Below are positions 46,283-55,537 of a DNA stretch of 64,000 nucleotides, piece after piece. A model generated the notes under the pieces. The model was not told the DNA's origin. It searched no databases and saw only the letters and a list, made by a program, of their open reading frames with translations. Every line of letters begins with the position of its first letter. Position 1 is the first letter of the stretch. The DNA is taken from sequence record NC_101842.1, one strand, 5' to 3'. The position numbers and the translations under genes are program-made. The DNA comes from a phage.

Positions 46283-46512
46283 TCCTCCACAACTTCAAGG
46301 CCTTTACCGCCTCGCTCTGGCAGATTACTTAAAGATAGGTAATACATATAATCAGGAGAGATCCTGCCAGACTCTGCACCTGCAGCTAGTAAATCCTTCC
46401 CTTTAACCAGGACAACATTCTCGTTTGCAGATAGCTGTTTTGCTTCCACAATTTTACCAACACAGTCAACCAAGGAAGGGTACCCTAAATCTGTAAGAAA
46501 TTTAACTTTCAT
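46279..46512 (-). CDS. hypothetical protein (MKVK paralog family, member 3)
   Basis: MKVKFLTD...GKDLLAAGA. Confidence 0.6.
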   Translation of the reverse strand: MKVKFLTDLGYPSLVDCVGKIVEAKQLSANENVVLVKGKDLLAAGAESGRISPDYMYYLSLSNLPERGGKGLEVVEE

Positions 46513-46551
46513 GCTACCTCCTGCTTCTACCGTCCCTGGTAAGATAAATTA

Positions 46552-46953
46552 TTACTGAACAGAGCGCGGGGCTAGGAAGGATAACTCTTCTAAAGAGAAG
46601 ATTTCATTTCCTACCACCCAAGTTGCTGGATCATCTGGGTCAACAGGCTGGATAATCATTACCTCATCCGCCTCGCACACACGTTTCCCACCTATAGTAG
46701 CGGAGTCAGCCACTAGCATACGAGGCTCTTCAGAAATGCACAGGTAACCTCCTCGGCCCACTGTTCCTTCCACAGGATCCTGCCCTTTGACCACAATGAA
46801 TACCTTCTCTCCTGTGGCGATATTACTTTGCACACTAACAGTTTGACCAACTTTAGATGTACCGATCTTGGTGGCTTCAAACATTAAATCCCGAATTACT
46901 GTTGCATAGTTGCCGGACACTTTCTTACCTTCTTTAGTAATCTCAATCTTCAT
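46552..46953 (-). CDS. hypothetical protein
   Basis: ORF in array. Confidence 0.6.
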   Translation of the reverse strand: MKIEITKEGKKVSGNYATVIRDLMFEATKIGTSKVGQTVSVQSNIATGEKVFIVVKGQDPVEGTVGRGGYLCISEEPRMLVADSATIGGKRVCEADEVMIIQPVDPDDPATWVVGNEIFSLEELSFLAPRSVQ

Positions 46954-47225
46954 AATCTAGGCTCCTTAAATGAATCTATGTAATCAATTAAATCCCAAGC
47001 ATCGCGATGGGCTGTCAGAGGGTATACTTCTCCGAGAGGGATCATAGCAATAAGTCTATCAAAAACCCAGTCTGGACGCAACATTTTATGGTGATATTCC
47101 CACTCACCTTCCACAGATTTTTTCTGAGTGATCAGGATCTCTGTGTAGTGTTTCGACTGTCTTGAGTAGATTGAAAATGACTTGTACATAAATGACCCCC
47201 TCTTGTTGAAAACAACAATACACAA
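46950..47225 (-). CDS. hypothetical protein
   Basis: ATGA overlap. Confidence 0.6.
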   Translation of the reverse strand: MCIVVFNKRGSFMYKSFSIYSRQSKHYTEILITQKKSVEGEWEYHHKMLRPDWVFDRLIAMIPLGEVYPLTAHRDAWDLIDYIDSFKEPRL

Positions 47226-47540
47226 CTACCAGGTTACTGTCAAGTAGGCAACCGTATTATTTTTCTCTGGGGAGATGCCAACAACATCTACCTGCAGACC
47301 TCCTGCCCTTAAATCTCCAACAATGTGCGGGAAGTAATCTGAGAGATGCGATGGTAGATTTATCGAAAATCCGCACCCCAGAAAGCCTGCTAACGCTTTA
47401 TTTTGTATCTCCCCTACAATCGCATCATAAATAGAGTTAAGCTCGTCAGGAAGCGTTACAGGACGTTTTAGCGCTAACTGGTGTAATTTGTCCTTAGCAC
47501 TCATTTTCATTTCAGGTCTACCTCTGGAGGTGCCAACCAC
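47226..47540 (-). CDS. hypothetical protein
   Basis: ORF in array. Confidence 0.55.
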   Translation of the reverse strand: MVGTSRGRPEMKMSAKDKLHQLALKRPVTLPDELNSIYDAIVGEIQNKALAGFLGCGFSINLPSHLSDYFPHIVGDLRAGGLQVDVVGISPEKNNTVAYLTVTW

Positions 47541-48040
47541 ATAAATGGCGGCAAGTCTAAACGGTTTTTCTTATCCCAGACAAAATATGCATATGCTTGC
47601 CCGTCAGTTCTGCCATTTGATTGAAAAGATGGACGCTTAGATATTGTGATCACAGTGGTAGGTGCATTATCAAGCCACCATTCAAATCTGGCTTTGCTTT
47701 CCAGAAAATTAAGACGCAAAAGCATAATAACTACGTCAGCATCTTTCAACGCCTTGTCTACAAACTCACGAGCCAAACTGTATGGTGGGTTGGTGATAAT
47801 ACAGTCAACATGGTTGTATTCTGTATTCAGATAGTCAACACCTTCTTGGATTTCTCCCCATGCAGATCCTAACGGCATACGTGAGTAGAACACACCTGAG
47901 GCACTATTCCTGCAAGGCTCTAAATAGGTCCAGTCTTCTGGGAACGTAATAAGGTCATACAGCCCTTCTGCACACCACTCCGGTGTCACATACTCATCGT
48001 AAGCGTTACGTTGTTCATCAGGTTTTCTAGCACAAGTCAT
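47507..48040 (-). CDS. phage-type DNA N6-adenine methyltransferase (Dam-like, NPPY motif)
   Basis: Catalytic motif DCIITNPPY; N-terminal YVTPEWCAEG typical of small phage Dam-family MTases. Confidence 0.75.
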   Translation of the reverse strand: MTCARKPDEQRNAYDEYVTPEWCAEGLYDLITFPEDWTYLEPCRNSASGVFYSRMPLGSAWGEIQEGVDYLNTEYNHVDCIITNPPYSLAREFVDKALKDADVVIMLLRLNFLESKARFEWWLDNAPTTVITISKRPSFQSNGRTDGQAYAYFVWDKKNRLDLPPFMWLAPPEVDLK

Positions 48041-48091
48041 GCAAATCTCCAGATCATAAAAGCCCTCCGAAGAGGGCTTTAGAATTAATGT

Positions 48092-49138
48092 TTAAGCTTC
48101 TTCGACAATTCCTGCACCCAGGATTTTTTCATTGAGCTCTTTTGCTGTTTTAATAATATTGTCCACCAGACGCTTGCGAGTCTTATCTTTTACCTTAACC
48201 TCTTCACCGCCGTTCAGGGTTGTCTTCAATTGGGACAGAATGTCTTGAAGTTCAACGACAGAGAATCGCTGCAGATCTTCTGAGGTAATCTCACCTAAGG
48301 CAATCTTAATGGTCTCACCACTTTCCATCTGCAGATTTAGGAACACAGTGTGAACATCACCTTTCGAACCAACCGCTTTCGCAGATTCAACAGCATGAAC
48401 TAGCTCATCTAAAGAGGTGCACTGGTGAATCTCAGGAAGACCTGCTTCACCTAACACGCCTTCATCACCTTTTGCCAGAAGCTTTTTAGGTTTTTGTCCG
48501 TTCTGGATGCGCTGTATGTTACCTTCATCCAGAATGATGGCTCCAGTTCGAGCTGCCAGCTCCTCTCCGTCCAACCACACTTCACCACCAGCTGTGATGG
48601 ATGCGATCTCATCTTCTGTCAGCACCCCACCGTAGTATTTTTCGATCAGGCGTTCAAAACGTTTTTTCCAGTAGCTGACCTGAGTATTCATGTTCACACC
48701 GTTACCATAAGTGCCACCTTGATAGTAGTGGAACATAAATTCTGTGTCCGGAGCCACAGTGCGTTCTTTACAACCCAGCCATAAGATTGTTCCCGCAGAG
48801 CAGCACATCCCTTCAGCATGTGCAACAACGCTTGCCTGAGACTCGCGGAATGCCTGTAGATAAGCCATTGCAATGTGCACGCAACCACCAGGGCTATTGA
48901 TGATCACCCGAATGCTTTCTTCCGGCTGAGCCATACGGATCGTCTGCAGACGAGACATATGATCCTGCAGGTCTTCCAAATCGTCGATATAAAGAACGTG
49001 GTCAACAACAGGTGTTGGGTAGCTGTATGTTTCCATGATACCGCCCGGCATACCAAACATTTTATTACTCATAGGTTCGAAACCGTTCTGTTTTTCTTTC
49101 ATGCCGTGTACCATGGTGCTGCGAGGTGTTAAATTCAT
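48092..49138 (-). CDS. ClpP-family serine peptidase with N- and C-terminal extensions
   Basis: INSPGG motif, Ser-containing GMCCSAGT, His in EFMFHYY, in ClpP-like order; 348 aa. Confidence 0.7.
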   Translation of the reverse strand: MNLTPRSTMVHGMKEKQNGFEPMSNKMFGMPGGIMETYSYPTPVVDHVLYIDDLEDLQDHMSRLQTIRMAQPEESIRVIINSPGGCVHIAMAYLQAFRESQASVVAHAEGMCCSAGTILWLGCKERTVAPDTEFMFHYYQGGTYGNGVNMNTQVSYWKKRFERLIEKYYGGVLTEDEIASITAGGEVWLDGEELAARTGAIILDEGNIQRIQNGQKPKKLLAKGDEGVLGEAGLPEIHQCTSLDELVHAVESAKAVGSKGDVHTVFLNLQMESGETIKIALGEITSEDLQRFSVVELQDILSQLKTTLNGGEEVKVKDKTRKRLVDNIIKTAKELNEKILGAGIVEEA

Positions 49139-49198
49139 GAGAAATCCTTAATATTGGAAGTTGAAAGCTATTTATTTAAACCTGATTCACATTTACCT

Positions 49199-49510
49199 TT
49201 ATTTAGCAATCACTATGGAATACTTACGATTGTCAGAAGCATCACAACTCAATGATTGCCAGTCTACCACATACCACGTATCATTGTCAACAATTACTTT
49301 ATCGCCTGTTCTGTAGCAGGTGCTGCTTTCAATAATTCGAGACTCGATAAAGAATCTGTGTCGGCGCTCACGTAGCAACGCTAAGTTGATTATATTACCA
49401 CCACTGTCCTTGATCCACACATTCTTGGATCCTTTATTTGCCAAAATTGTCTCACCGTTGTAGACGAACAGGCAGTATATTTTATTCAGTCTCTCTTGTA
49501 TTGTAGCCAT
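49199..49510 (-). CDS. hypothetical protein
   Basis: ATG (MATIQERL) after AAGGAGAAGGAG; track ORF 49199-49636 trimmed. Confidence 0.5.
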   Translation of the reverse strand: MATIQERLNKIYCLFVYNGETILANKGSKNVWIKDSGGNIINLALLRERRHRFFIESRIIESSTCYRTGDKVIVDNDTWYVVDWQSLSCDASDNRKYSIVIAK

Positions 49511-49614
49511 ACTATCTCCTTCTCCTTGTTTTGTCCGATGATAATATCTAAAGCTTACCTGTTTGTCAACAACTGTTTTAGATATTTTAAGGGTGGAATA
49601 ACCACCCTTCTGTA

Positions 49615-50403
49615 TTACTCGGAAACAGGGGTCCAAATATGATTTGCACGATCTTCAATAAGATTGAGTGCAATCTGACGACCCAACCCGGAACGAACGA
49701 CATCGTCTGGACTATCAAAGCTAATCATTCCAACCTCAGGATCTGGATGACGAGTAAAGAAATCCGTCACCCATGCGAGGCCAGATTTACCAGGGATGTC
49801 ACGTTGGCTATTATCACCCATAATTACAAGGGTGGCTTGATCAGAGATCCTTGTGATAATTGACAACATTTCTTCAGGGTTAGTTTGCTGTGCCTCGTCA
49901 ATCAGGACAAAGCATCGCTCATCGAAACTACGACCACGAATGCTTTCAACTTCACAAATCTCGATACGACTGTTCTGACCGTCTCCCAGCATTGCGGTAA
50001 AAGCACCTTTGCCAACACGACGACAAATCGTGTCCATCATGCTTCGAAGATAGGGCCACAGTTTCTGCATTGCATTTCCGGGTTTAAATCCTGAAGTCTT
50101 TCCTGTCTGGACGTAAGGACGTGCAACAATGATCTTATCAATCTCGTTCTTACGCAGAAGATCACCTGCATATGCAGATGCCATAAATGTCTTACCGGAT
50201 CCAAACACACCGTTTACAATAATAATCTTACGTGACCCTAGATAATCAAGATACTTTTGCTGCTTCTTATTCATTGGTCGGAGAGCTGGAGCGGTGTGCT
50301 CTCTTTCGTCAGCAAATTTCTCAGCAGCCTTACGCAGGCGATCAGATTTGCGAGCCTCTCTAGCTTCATCACGCATGCGTTTTGTTTCTTTAGCTCGACC
50401 CAT
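49615..50403 (-). CDS. phoH: PhoH-like ATPase
   Basis: Walker A GVFGSGKTF; blocks VARPYVQTGKTSGFKPG, IRGRSF, IDEAQQT, MGDNSQRD. Confidence 0.85.
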   Translation of the reverse strand: MGRAKETKRMRDEAREARKSDRLRKAAEKFADEREHTAPALRPMNKKQQKYLDYLGSRKIIIVNGVFGSGKTFMASAYAGDLLRKNEIDKIIVARPYVQTGKTSGFKPGNAMQKLWPYLRSMMDTICRRVGKGAFTAMLGDGQNSRIEICEVESIRGRSFDERCFVLIDEAQQTNPEEMLSIITRISDQATLVIMGDNSQRDIPGKSGLAWVTDFFTRHPDPEVGMISFDSPDDVVRSGLGRQIALNLIEDRANHIWTPVSE

Positions 50404-50441
50404 GTTGGGACTCCTTTCAGATTGAGATGTGCCAAGTACTT

Positions 50442-50792
50442 TTACTGCAACAGTTTTTCAATAGCCGCTTCCATGCTGCTTGCAACAGCCTGAACTCGGA
50501 TATTCATCTCTTCTTGGTGGATCAGCTCCTTAAGCTCTTTAATGGTAAATTCTTTAGAGAAACCTTCCACCATAATCTTGTGCAAGGCTTCTTGCGTGTC
50601 TACTTGCAAGAACTTTTCCAGTTTGTTGGCAGAGGCTTCTAAATCAGCCCGAATACGAGGGTCATCTGTGCGATTCAGCATTAGGCGTAAGCCATCAAGA
50701 TTAGTAGAAATAGCATCTGCATGTTGAGTAACTAACCGTGGCAAAATGAGATCTACAAACTTATTAGCCAAATCGATACGTTCTTGTGTCAC
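50442..50792 (-). CDS. hypothetical protein
   Basis: GTG start overlapping upstream stop. Confidence 0.55.
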   Translation of the reverse strand: MTQERIDLANKFVDLILPRLVTQHADAISTNLDGLRLMLNRTDDPRIRADLEASANKLEKFLQVDTQEALHKIMVEGFSKEFTIKELKELIHQEEMNIRVQAVASSMEAAIEKLLQ

Positions 50793-50902
50793 TGTTGCAC
50801 CCCCTCTTCATCTTCATGATGTTTATTTTCACGCTTGTGTTTTTTCTTAAGCTCAAGCGCAATCTCTTTCTTGTACGCCTTCTTCAAGGCTTTTTTAGCC
50901 AT
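50789..50902 (-). CDS. small Lys-rich basic protein (37 aa)
   Basis: Not in ORF track; GAGGAGG RBS; MAKKALKKAYKKEIALELKKKHKRENKHHEDEEGVQQ. Confidence 0.45.
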   Translation of the reverse strand: MAKKALKKAYKKEIALELKKKHKRENKHHEDEEGVQQ

Positions 50903-50964
50903 TTGGCACCTCCTCTGCTTTCATTACGACAATTATAACCGACTTAACAAAGCTTTGTCAACGA

Positions 50965-51438
50965 TTAGTCAACCTGAACCCAACCATCTGCTACCTTTTT
51001 AAACATTCTTTGGTTATCACTGCCTCTAAAGGGTTTTTTGGTGGGGTTATCTTTTTCGTACTTACCGTCCATAATGTAATCAACACTATCTTTAATGTAA
51101 TCGGGGACTTCTTCAAACAAATACCCTGTGTACACCCAGATAGTTTTTGTGTTGCCGAAGCGTTCACGGATAGCGCAAATGATTGAATACATACCATCAA
51201 TATTGTAAGGTGCTAAAGGCTCTCCACCGCATAATGTAACGCCGGTAATATGGTTTGGTTCTATAGAGCTAAGTATGCTCTCGATTGTGTCATTTGTTAA
51301 CGGTTCCCCTTTAGCGGGGGACCAAACACTTTTGTTTTGGCAACCGACGCAGTGATGTGGACAACCAGAACAGAACACCGTTGTCCTGATACCTGGGCCG
51401 TCAACCATGCTACACTCTATAATATTGACAACATTCAT
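50965..51438 (-). CDS. nrdG: anaerobic ribonucleotide reductase activating protein (radical SAM)
   Basis: Cys cluster CSGCPHHCVGC near N-terminus; adjacent to nrdD. Confidence 0.8.
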   Translation of the reverse strand: MNVVNIIECSMVDGPGIRTTVFCSGCPHHCVGCQNKSVWSPAKGEPLTNDTIESILSSIEPNHITGVTLCGGEPLAPYNIDGMYSIICAIRERFGNTKTIWVYTGYLFEEVPDYIKDSVDYIMDGKYEKDNPTKKPFRGSDNQRMFKKVADGWVQVD

Positions 51439-51671
51439 TCCTTACCCTCTTTGAGATAGGGATATTCAGGCCCACAATAAGCTCTATCTAAGAAAACAGC
51501 TTCTTCCCCTCTGGAATCAGTAGATCTATAATACCCATCACCCTGGTAACTAACGAACCAGTAGCACCCATCATTACTTTCTACTGTTGTGGCTCTGTCC
51601 GAATGAAAGATAATTTCGTAATCCTTACCGAATGTAAACCATCTGTTAGCTTTTACACAGACACCTATCAT
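51435..51671 (-). CDS. hypothetical protein
   Basis: ATGA overlap with nrdG. Confidence 0.55.
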   Translation of the reverse strand: MIGVCVKANRWFTFGKDYEIIFHSDRATTVESNDGCYWFVSYQGDGYYRSTDSRGEEAVFLDRAYCGPEYPYLKEGKE

Positions 51672-51822
51672 AAGGAACCTCTCTTCTGTGGTGTGCTTCT
51701 ATTCAAGATAAACTTATAAAAGTCCATTTGATGAAGCCGTATAACTTTTTATACTTACGCTTCAGTGCTAACAATTTTATCTTGATTTTCTTGATAGATT
51801 TCCGCATTTCGACCCCTTATGC

Positions 51823-51939
51823 TTATAAGTACTCCGCATCGCATTCAGGGCAATGCCAAATAAAATCGTCCAGTGCCTTGCACCAACGAAGATTGCAATG
51901 ACAGCCGCACTTGCAAATTTTATAAATACCTGTAGACAT
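51823..51939 (-). CDS. small Cys-rich zinc-finger-like peptide (38 aa)
   Basis: Not in ORF track; GGAGG RBS; MSTGIYKICKCGCHCNLRWCKALDDFIWHCPECDAEYL. Confidence 0.45.
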   Translation of the reverse strand: MSTGIYKICKCGCHCNLRWCKALDDFIWHCPECDAEYL

Positions 51940-52008
51940 ACTGCACCTCCTACTCCTAGCTCACTGTGTGTCAATAATATGCCACATCCTTGTGGCTTTT
52001 GTCAAGTA

Positions 52009-54132
52009 TCAGCAACCACAACTTCCGTAGTGCTTAACTCGCTCGATAACTTCCGCTTGCTTACCTTTATTGTAAGGACGAGAGTTAGGACTGGAAAGGT
52101 ATCCAGACACACGTCGAATTACGCTGATCGTTCCCTCTTCATGGTTTCCACACTCTGGGCATACAAAGCCTTTAGCTGTTGCACTGAACTCACCAGAGAA
52201 ACCACACTTGAGACATTTATCCACAGGCTGGTTGATACCAAAATACATAATGTGTTTATATCCGAAATCAACAAGAGCTTCCAAAGCATCTAAGTTGTTT
52301 TTCAGATTTGGTGTCTCTACGTATCCGATGTTGCCACCAGAGGAGATCATAGCAAAACCTTCCTCATACTCCCACTTATCAAAAGGAGAGCTATTGATCC
52401 ATACTGGCTGATGGAAACTGTTGGTGAGATATTCATGCTCGTGCTTCAACACTTCAGGATATTCACGATCCAGACAGGTTGCAGCTTTATAGCATAGACT
52501 CTCAGAAGGGGTGCCGTACAAGCTAAACGCTAGTCTACTTTCCTTCTTGTATCTCTCACAAGCATCTCTCATGTGCTGAAGTATTCCAAGAGCTAAAGCC
52601 TTGTCACCCTCCCTGCCCAAAATCTGACAGGTTTCATACACACCAATATACCCAATACTGATGGAAGCGTACCCGTCGTAGAAGAGTTTATCAATACTCT
52701 CTTCAGGGTCCAGGCGAGCAAGAGCGCCTTCACACCACATGATAGGGTTCTGCCCTGCCTTTGTCCCTTTTAGACGATTAACCCTTACAAGGTGAGCCTC
52801 GTATGCAAGATCCAGGTATTCGTCAAGAACTGCAAAGAAATCAACACCTTCCGTTTTAGCTTTTGCCGCAATCATTGGCAGATTAAGGCTAACAACGCCT
52901 AAGTTAAATCTGCCAAGGTATTTCTCCTCGCCTGTTTCCAAGTCATTGTATTTGCTAAGAAAACTCCGGCAACCCATGCTCGTTACTTTACCATCTGTCG
53001 AGCCTGTCACTTTACGATTTAGTGGAACAGAAACAAAGTCAGGATAAATCCGCTCTGCAGAGCATTCCAGAGCTAATCGTTTCAAATCATAGTTAGGATC
53101 TCCAGGGTTCATGTTGACACCCTCTTCTAGGAAGAACAACACTTTAGGGAACACAGGTGTGATACGTTCTTCACCAAGACCCATTTTGTGGACTTTCAAG
53201 TAGTTTTTGGTAATCATTCTACCAAAGACTGAGGTGTCCAGACCTAAACTTAATGTGATGAATGGGGTTTGCCCGTTGACAGAAGTTAACGTATTGATTT
53301 GATAGAGTAAAGTCTGCATGCTGTCAAATACGTCTTTATCTGTCATCTGCATTGCAACAGTCTCAGCATCTGGCAACCAATGTTCCTGGCAAAATTTAAG
53401 GTTCTTCTCATAAGTCGCCTCAGCATACTGTGCCAGATAATGATCAATATGGCTCATAGTCTGACCCCCATATTGAGCACTAGCTACCGCACTAGAGATT
53501 TGGCTAAGGATTGTTGTTGCAACCCCTATTGACTTCGGCTTACTGACATGGGCGTTACCAATGTTGAATCCGTTTTCCAACATATCTGGATAATTTACCA
53601 AACAACAGTTTGTTAACGGACTGATCAAGTAGTCAAGATCATGCACATGGATGAAGCCTTTATTGTGCTCTTCTGAGACACGGTCTGGCAGGATCTGTGT
53701 TGATGCAAGGTGTTTGCTAAGGATGCCTGCAAGCAGGTCACGATGAGTGTGTACATGATTGGTAGGCTTATTTGCGTTTTCTTTTGTAAATTCATCACAA
53801 GTTCGATCCAAGAAGCCACTAATATCTGCAAGCAGTTTTCCACCTGCCTCTCTGTTATTATCTCTTGTCTGTCTATACTGGATGTATTCTCTGGCTGCAC
53901 ATTTTAAACCCATATCCATAAGAGCATCTTCAACAAGGATATGGATATTTTTTACAGAGATCGTGCACTGGTCGGTTGGTAGATTGTTAGCAACAACTTC
54001 ATTAACCGCACAAGCGATCCGGTAAGCTTCTTCTTCAGTATGTCCAGACTCAAGTAAGGCGGACTCTGCCGCCTTGATCACCTTAATTCCGTTATAGAAC
54101 TCTTCTCTACCGTCCCGTTTTACAACTTTCAC
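52009..54132 (-). CDS. nrdD: anaerobic ribonucleoside-triphosphate reductase (class III)
   Basis: C-terminal glycyl-radical motif RRVSGYL; Zn ribbon CLKCG...CPECG; 707 aa. Confidence 0.9.
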   Translation of the reverse strand: MKVVKRDGREEFYNGIKVIKAAESALLESGHTEEEAYRIACAVNEVVANNLPTDQCTISVKNIHILVEDALMDMGLKCAAREYIQYRQTRDNNREAGGKLLADISGFLDRTCDEFTKENANKPTNHVHTHRDLLAGILSKHLASTQILPDRVSEEHNKGFIHVHDLDYLISPLTNCCLVNYPDMLENGFNIGNAHVSKPKSIGVATTILSQISSAVASAQYGGQTMSHIDHYLAQYAEATYEKNLKFCQEHWLPDAETVAMQMTDKDVFDSMQTLLYQINTLTSVNGQTPFITLSLGLDTSVFGRMITKNYLKVHKMGLGEERITPVFPKVLFFLEEGVNMNPGDPNYDLKRLALECSAERIYPDFVSVPLNRKVTGSTDGKVTSMGCRSFLSKYNDLETGEEKYLGRFNLGVVSLNLPMIAAKAKTEGVDFFAVLDEYLDLAYEAHLVRVNRLKGTKAGQNPIMWCEGALARLDPEESIDKLFYDGYASISIGYIGVYETCQILGREGDKALALGILQHMRDACERYKKESRLAFSLYGTPSESLCYKAATCLDREYPEVLKHEHEYLTNSFHQPVWINSSPFDKWEYEEGFAMISSGGNIGYVETPNLKNNLDALEALVDFGYKHIMYFGINQPVDKCLKCGFSGEFSATAKGFVCPECGNHEEGTISVIRRVSGYLSSPNSRPYNKGKQAEVIERVKHYGSCGC

Positions 54133-54407
54133 TTTTTCTCTCCAAAACCATTCTTAACAAAAGAGATGAAATCGTCGGCACCGCCTATATGGATACTGTC
54201 AAGATCGCTTTCTAAGAAGATCTGCGGCAACGTTCTGGGGACGATTGGACTACACTTCTCAATAAGCTCTTCTTTTGTGTATCCCTCGCCAAGTGTCTTA
54301 TATACAAAAGGCAGACCTTTGCTGATTGCAAATTCTTTTGCTCTGACACAATGTGGGCAGTTATCCTTACCGTAAATGATGATGAAAAAAGATTTTTCGC
54401 AGCTCAT
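54129..54407 (-). CDS. glutaredoxin-like protein
   Basis: CPHC active site in IIIYGKDNCPHCVRAKEF; sits between nrdD and nrdB. Confidence 0.8.
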   Translation of the reverse strand: MSCEKSFFIIIYGKDNCPHCVRAKEFAISKGLPFVYKTLGEGYTKEELIEKCSPIVPRTLPQIFLESDLDSIHIGGADDFISFVKNGFGEKK

Positions 54408-54410
54408 ATA

Positions 54411-55499
54411 TTAAAACTCCCAAATTTCTTCTTCAGCGTCGTTAACAGTTGTGTTGACGCGGTAGTCAGTGTTCGACATTTCTTGGTTCGCCGTCTGTTG
54501 CAATGAAGGTTTCATCCACACCTGCATAAACGGTAGCGGGTCCTTTGTTGGCGGCACAAAGTCTTTGTCGATGTCGTAGTAATCATAAATCGGTGAACAG
54601 TTATAGTCAACCCATTCTTTAAGCAACGGTGAGTTAAGACCTATAATCGCTCTTCCTTCGCTGAAAATATAGTCACTCCAACCGTACTCTTTGGTTCGTA
54701 CTTCATCAAGAATCTCTTTTAACTCCCCTTTTATCTCCAGGAAGCTTTTCTCCCATGCGGGATCGTTAAGCAAGATATCAATGATGGCAAAATCACCTTT
54801 CGAATGTAGCATTTCGTCAAGCATGATTTTTTGAACAAGCTGCGCCACCTGAACAAAAATACCCTGTTCAGCTACTGCGAAAGTGCATGCAAAACTTGCA
54901 ATAAACTCAATACTTTCCAGGGCTAAAAGTGCAAAAAGCGCTCTAAGAATGCATTTCCGCACAATATCTTCTTCAACACTAGAAGGATCCAGTCGGTATT
55001 TTGCACCAATAACCTCAAGCTCTTGCATGTATTTGACAATAACGCCAGATCTGCTCAGAACGTTTTGGTTTTCCTGAATCTCTTCTATAATCTCACGGGC
55101 ATTGGGGAGGCATTGTCTAACAATCTCTGAGTAAGTTAGTGCGTGAAGAACTTCAATCTCTGACTGTTTCATCAATAGAGTGAAAAGCTCACTATTAGTG
55201 ATGAATGGTGAAAAGAGGCAGATGATCGATCTTGCCGCAACGCTATCAGCCTCCCATTGCCACATCAAGGTCTGCACCATCACGTCATAAGTTGACTTTG
55301 AGCATGTTACAAAATCTGAAATAGATTGCGACAAATCCACTTCATCCTCTGCCCAATCTTGCTCTTTTTGTTTTTTGTATAGTTCAAACAGTTGTGGATA
55401 TTTTTTGTTGATAGAGTCGTACATACCCATTTGCTGTCCCAGAAACAGCGGATAGTCACCAGTTTTATGAGCGGTGTTCTCAGCATTAAATACAGCCAT
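54411..55499 (-). CDS. nrdB: ribonucleotide reductase class Ia beta subunit
   Basis: Probable start MAVFNAENT after AGAGG RBS (track ORF 54411-55559 trimmed); GC hairpin GGGGCTTCGGCCCC in the nrdA-nrdB spacer. Confidence 0.8.
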   Translation of the reverse strand: MAVFNAENTAHKTGDYPLFLGQQMGMYDSINKKYPQLFELYKKQKEQDWAEDEVDLSQSISDFVTCSKSTYDVMVQTLMWQWEADSVAARSIICLFSPFITNSELFTLLMKQSEIEVLHALTYSEIVRQCLPNAREIIEEIQENQNVLSRSGVIVKYMQELEVIGAKYRLDPSSVEEDIVRKCILRALFALLALESIEFIASFACTFAVAEQGIFVQVAQLVQKIMLDEMLHSKGDFAIIDILLNDPAWEKSFLEIKGELKEILDEVRTKEYGWSDYIFSEGRAIIGLNSPLLKEWVDYNCSPIYDYYDIDKDFVPPTKDPLPFMQVWMKPSLQQTANQEMSNTDYRVNTTVNDAEEEIWEF

Positions 55500-55537
55500 T
55501 ATTCTACCTCTAAAATGGGGCCGAAGCCCCTTTAAAA

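Noticed and set aside
51777-51974. Track ORF 51777-51974 (-) as the gene beside nrdD
   Set aside because: It needs a TTG start and has no RBS; the overlapping Cys-rich 38-aa frame (51823-51939) has a GGAGG RBS and ATG start and is preferred.
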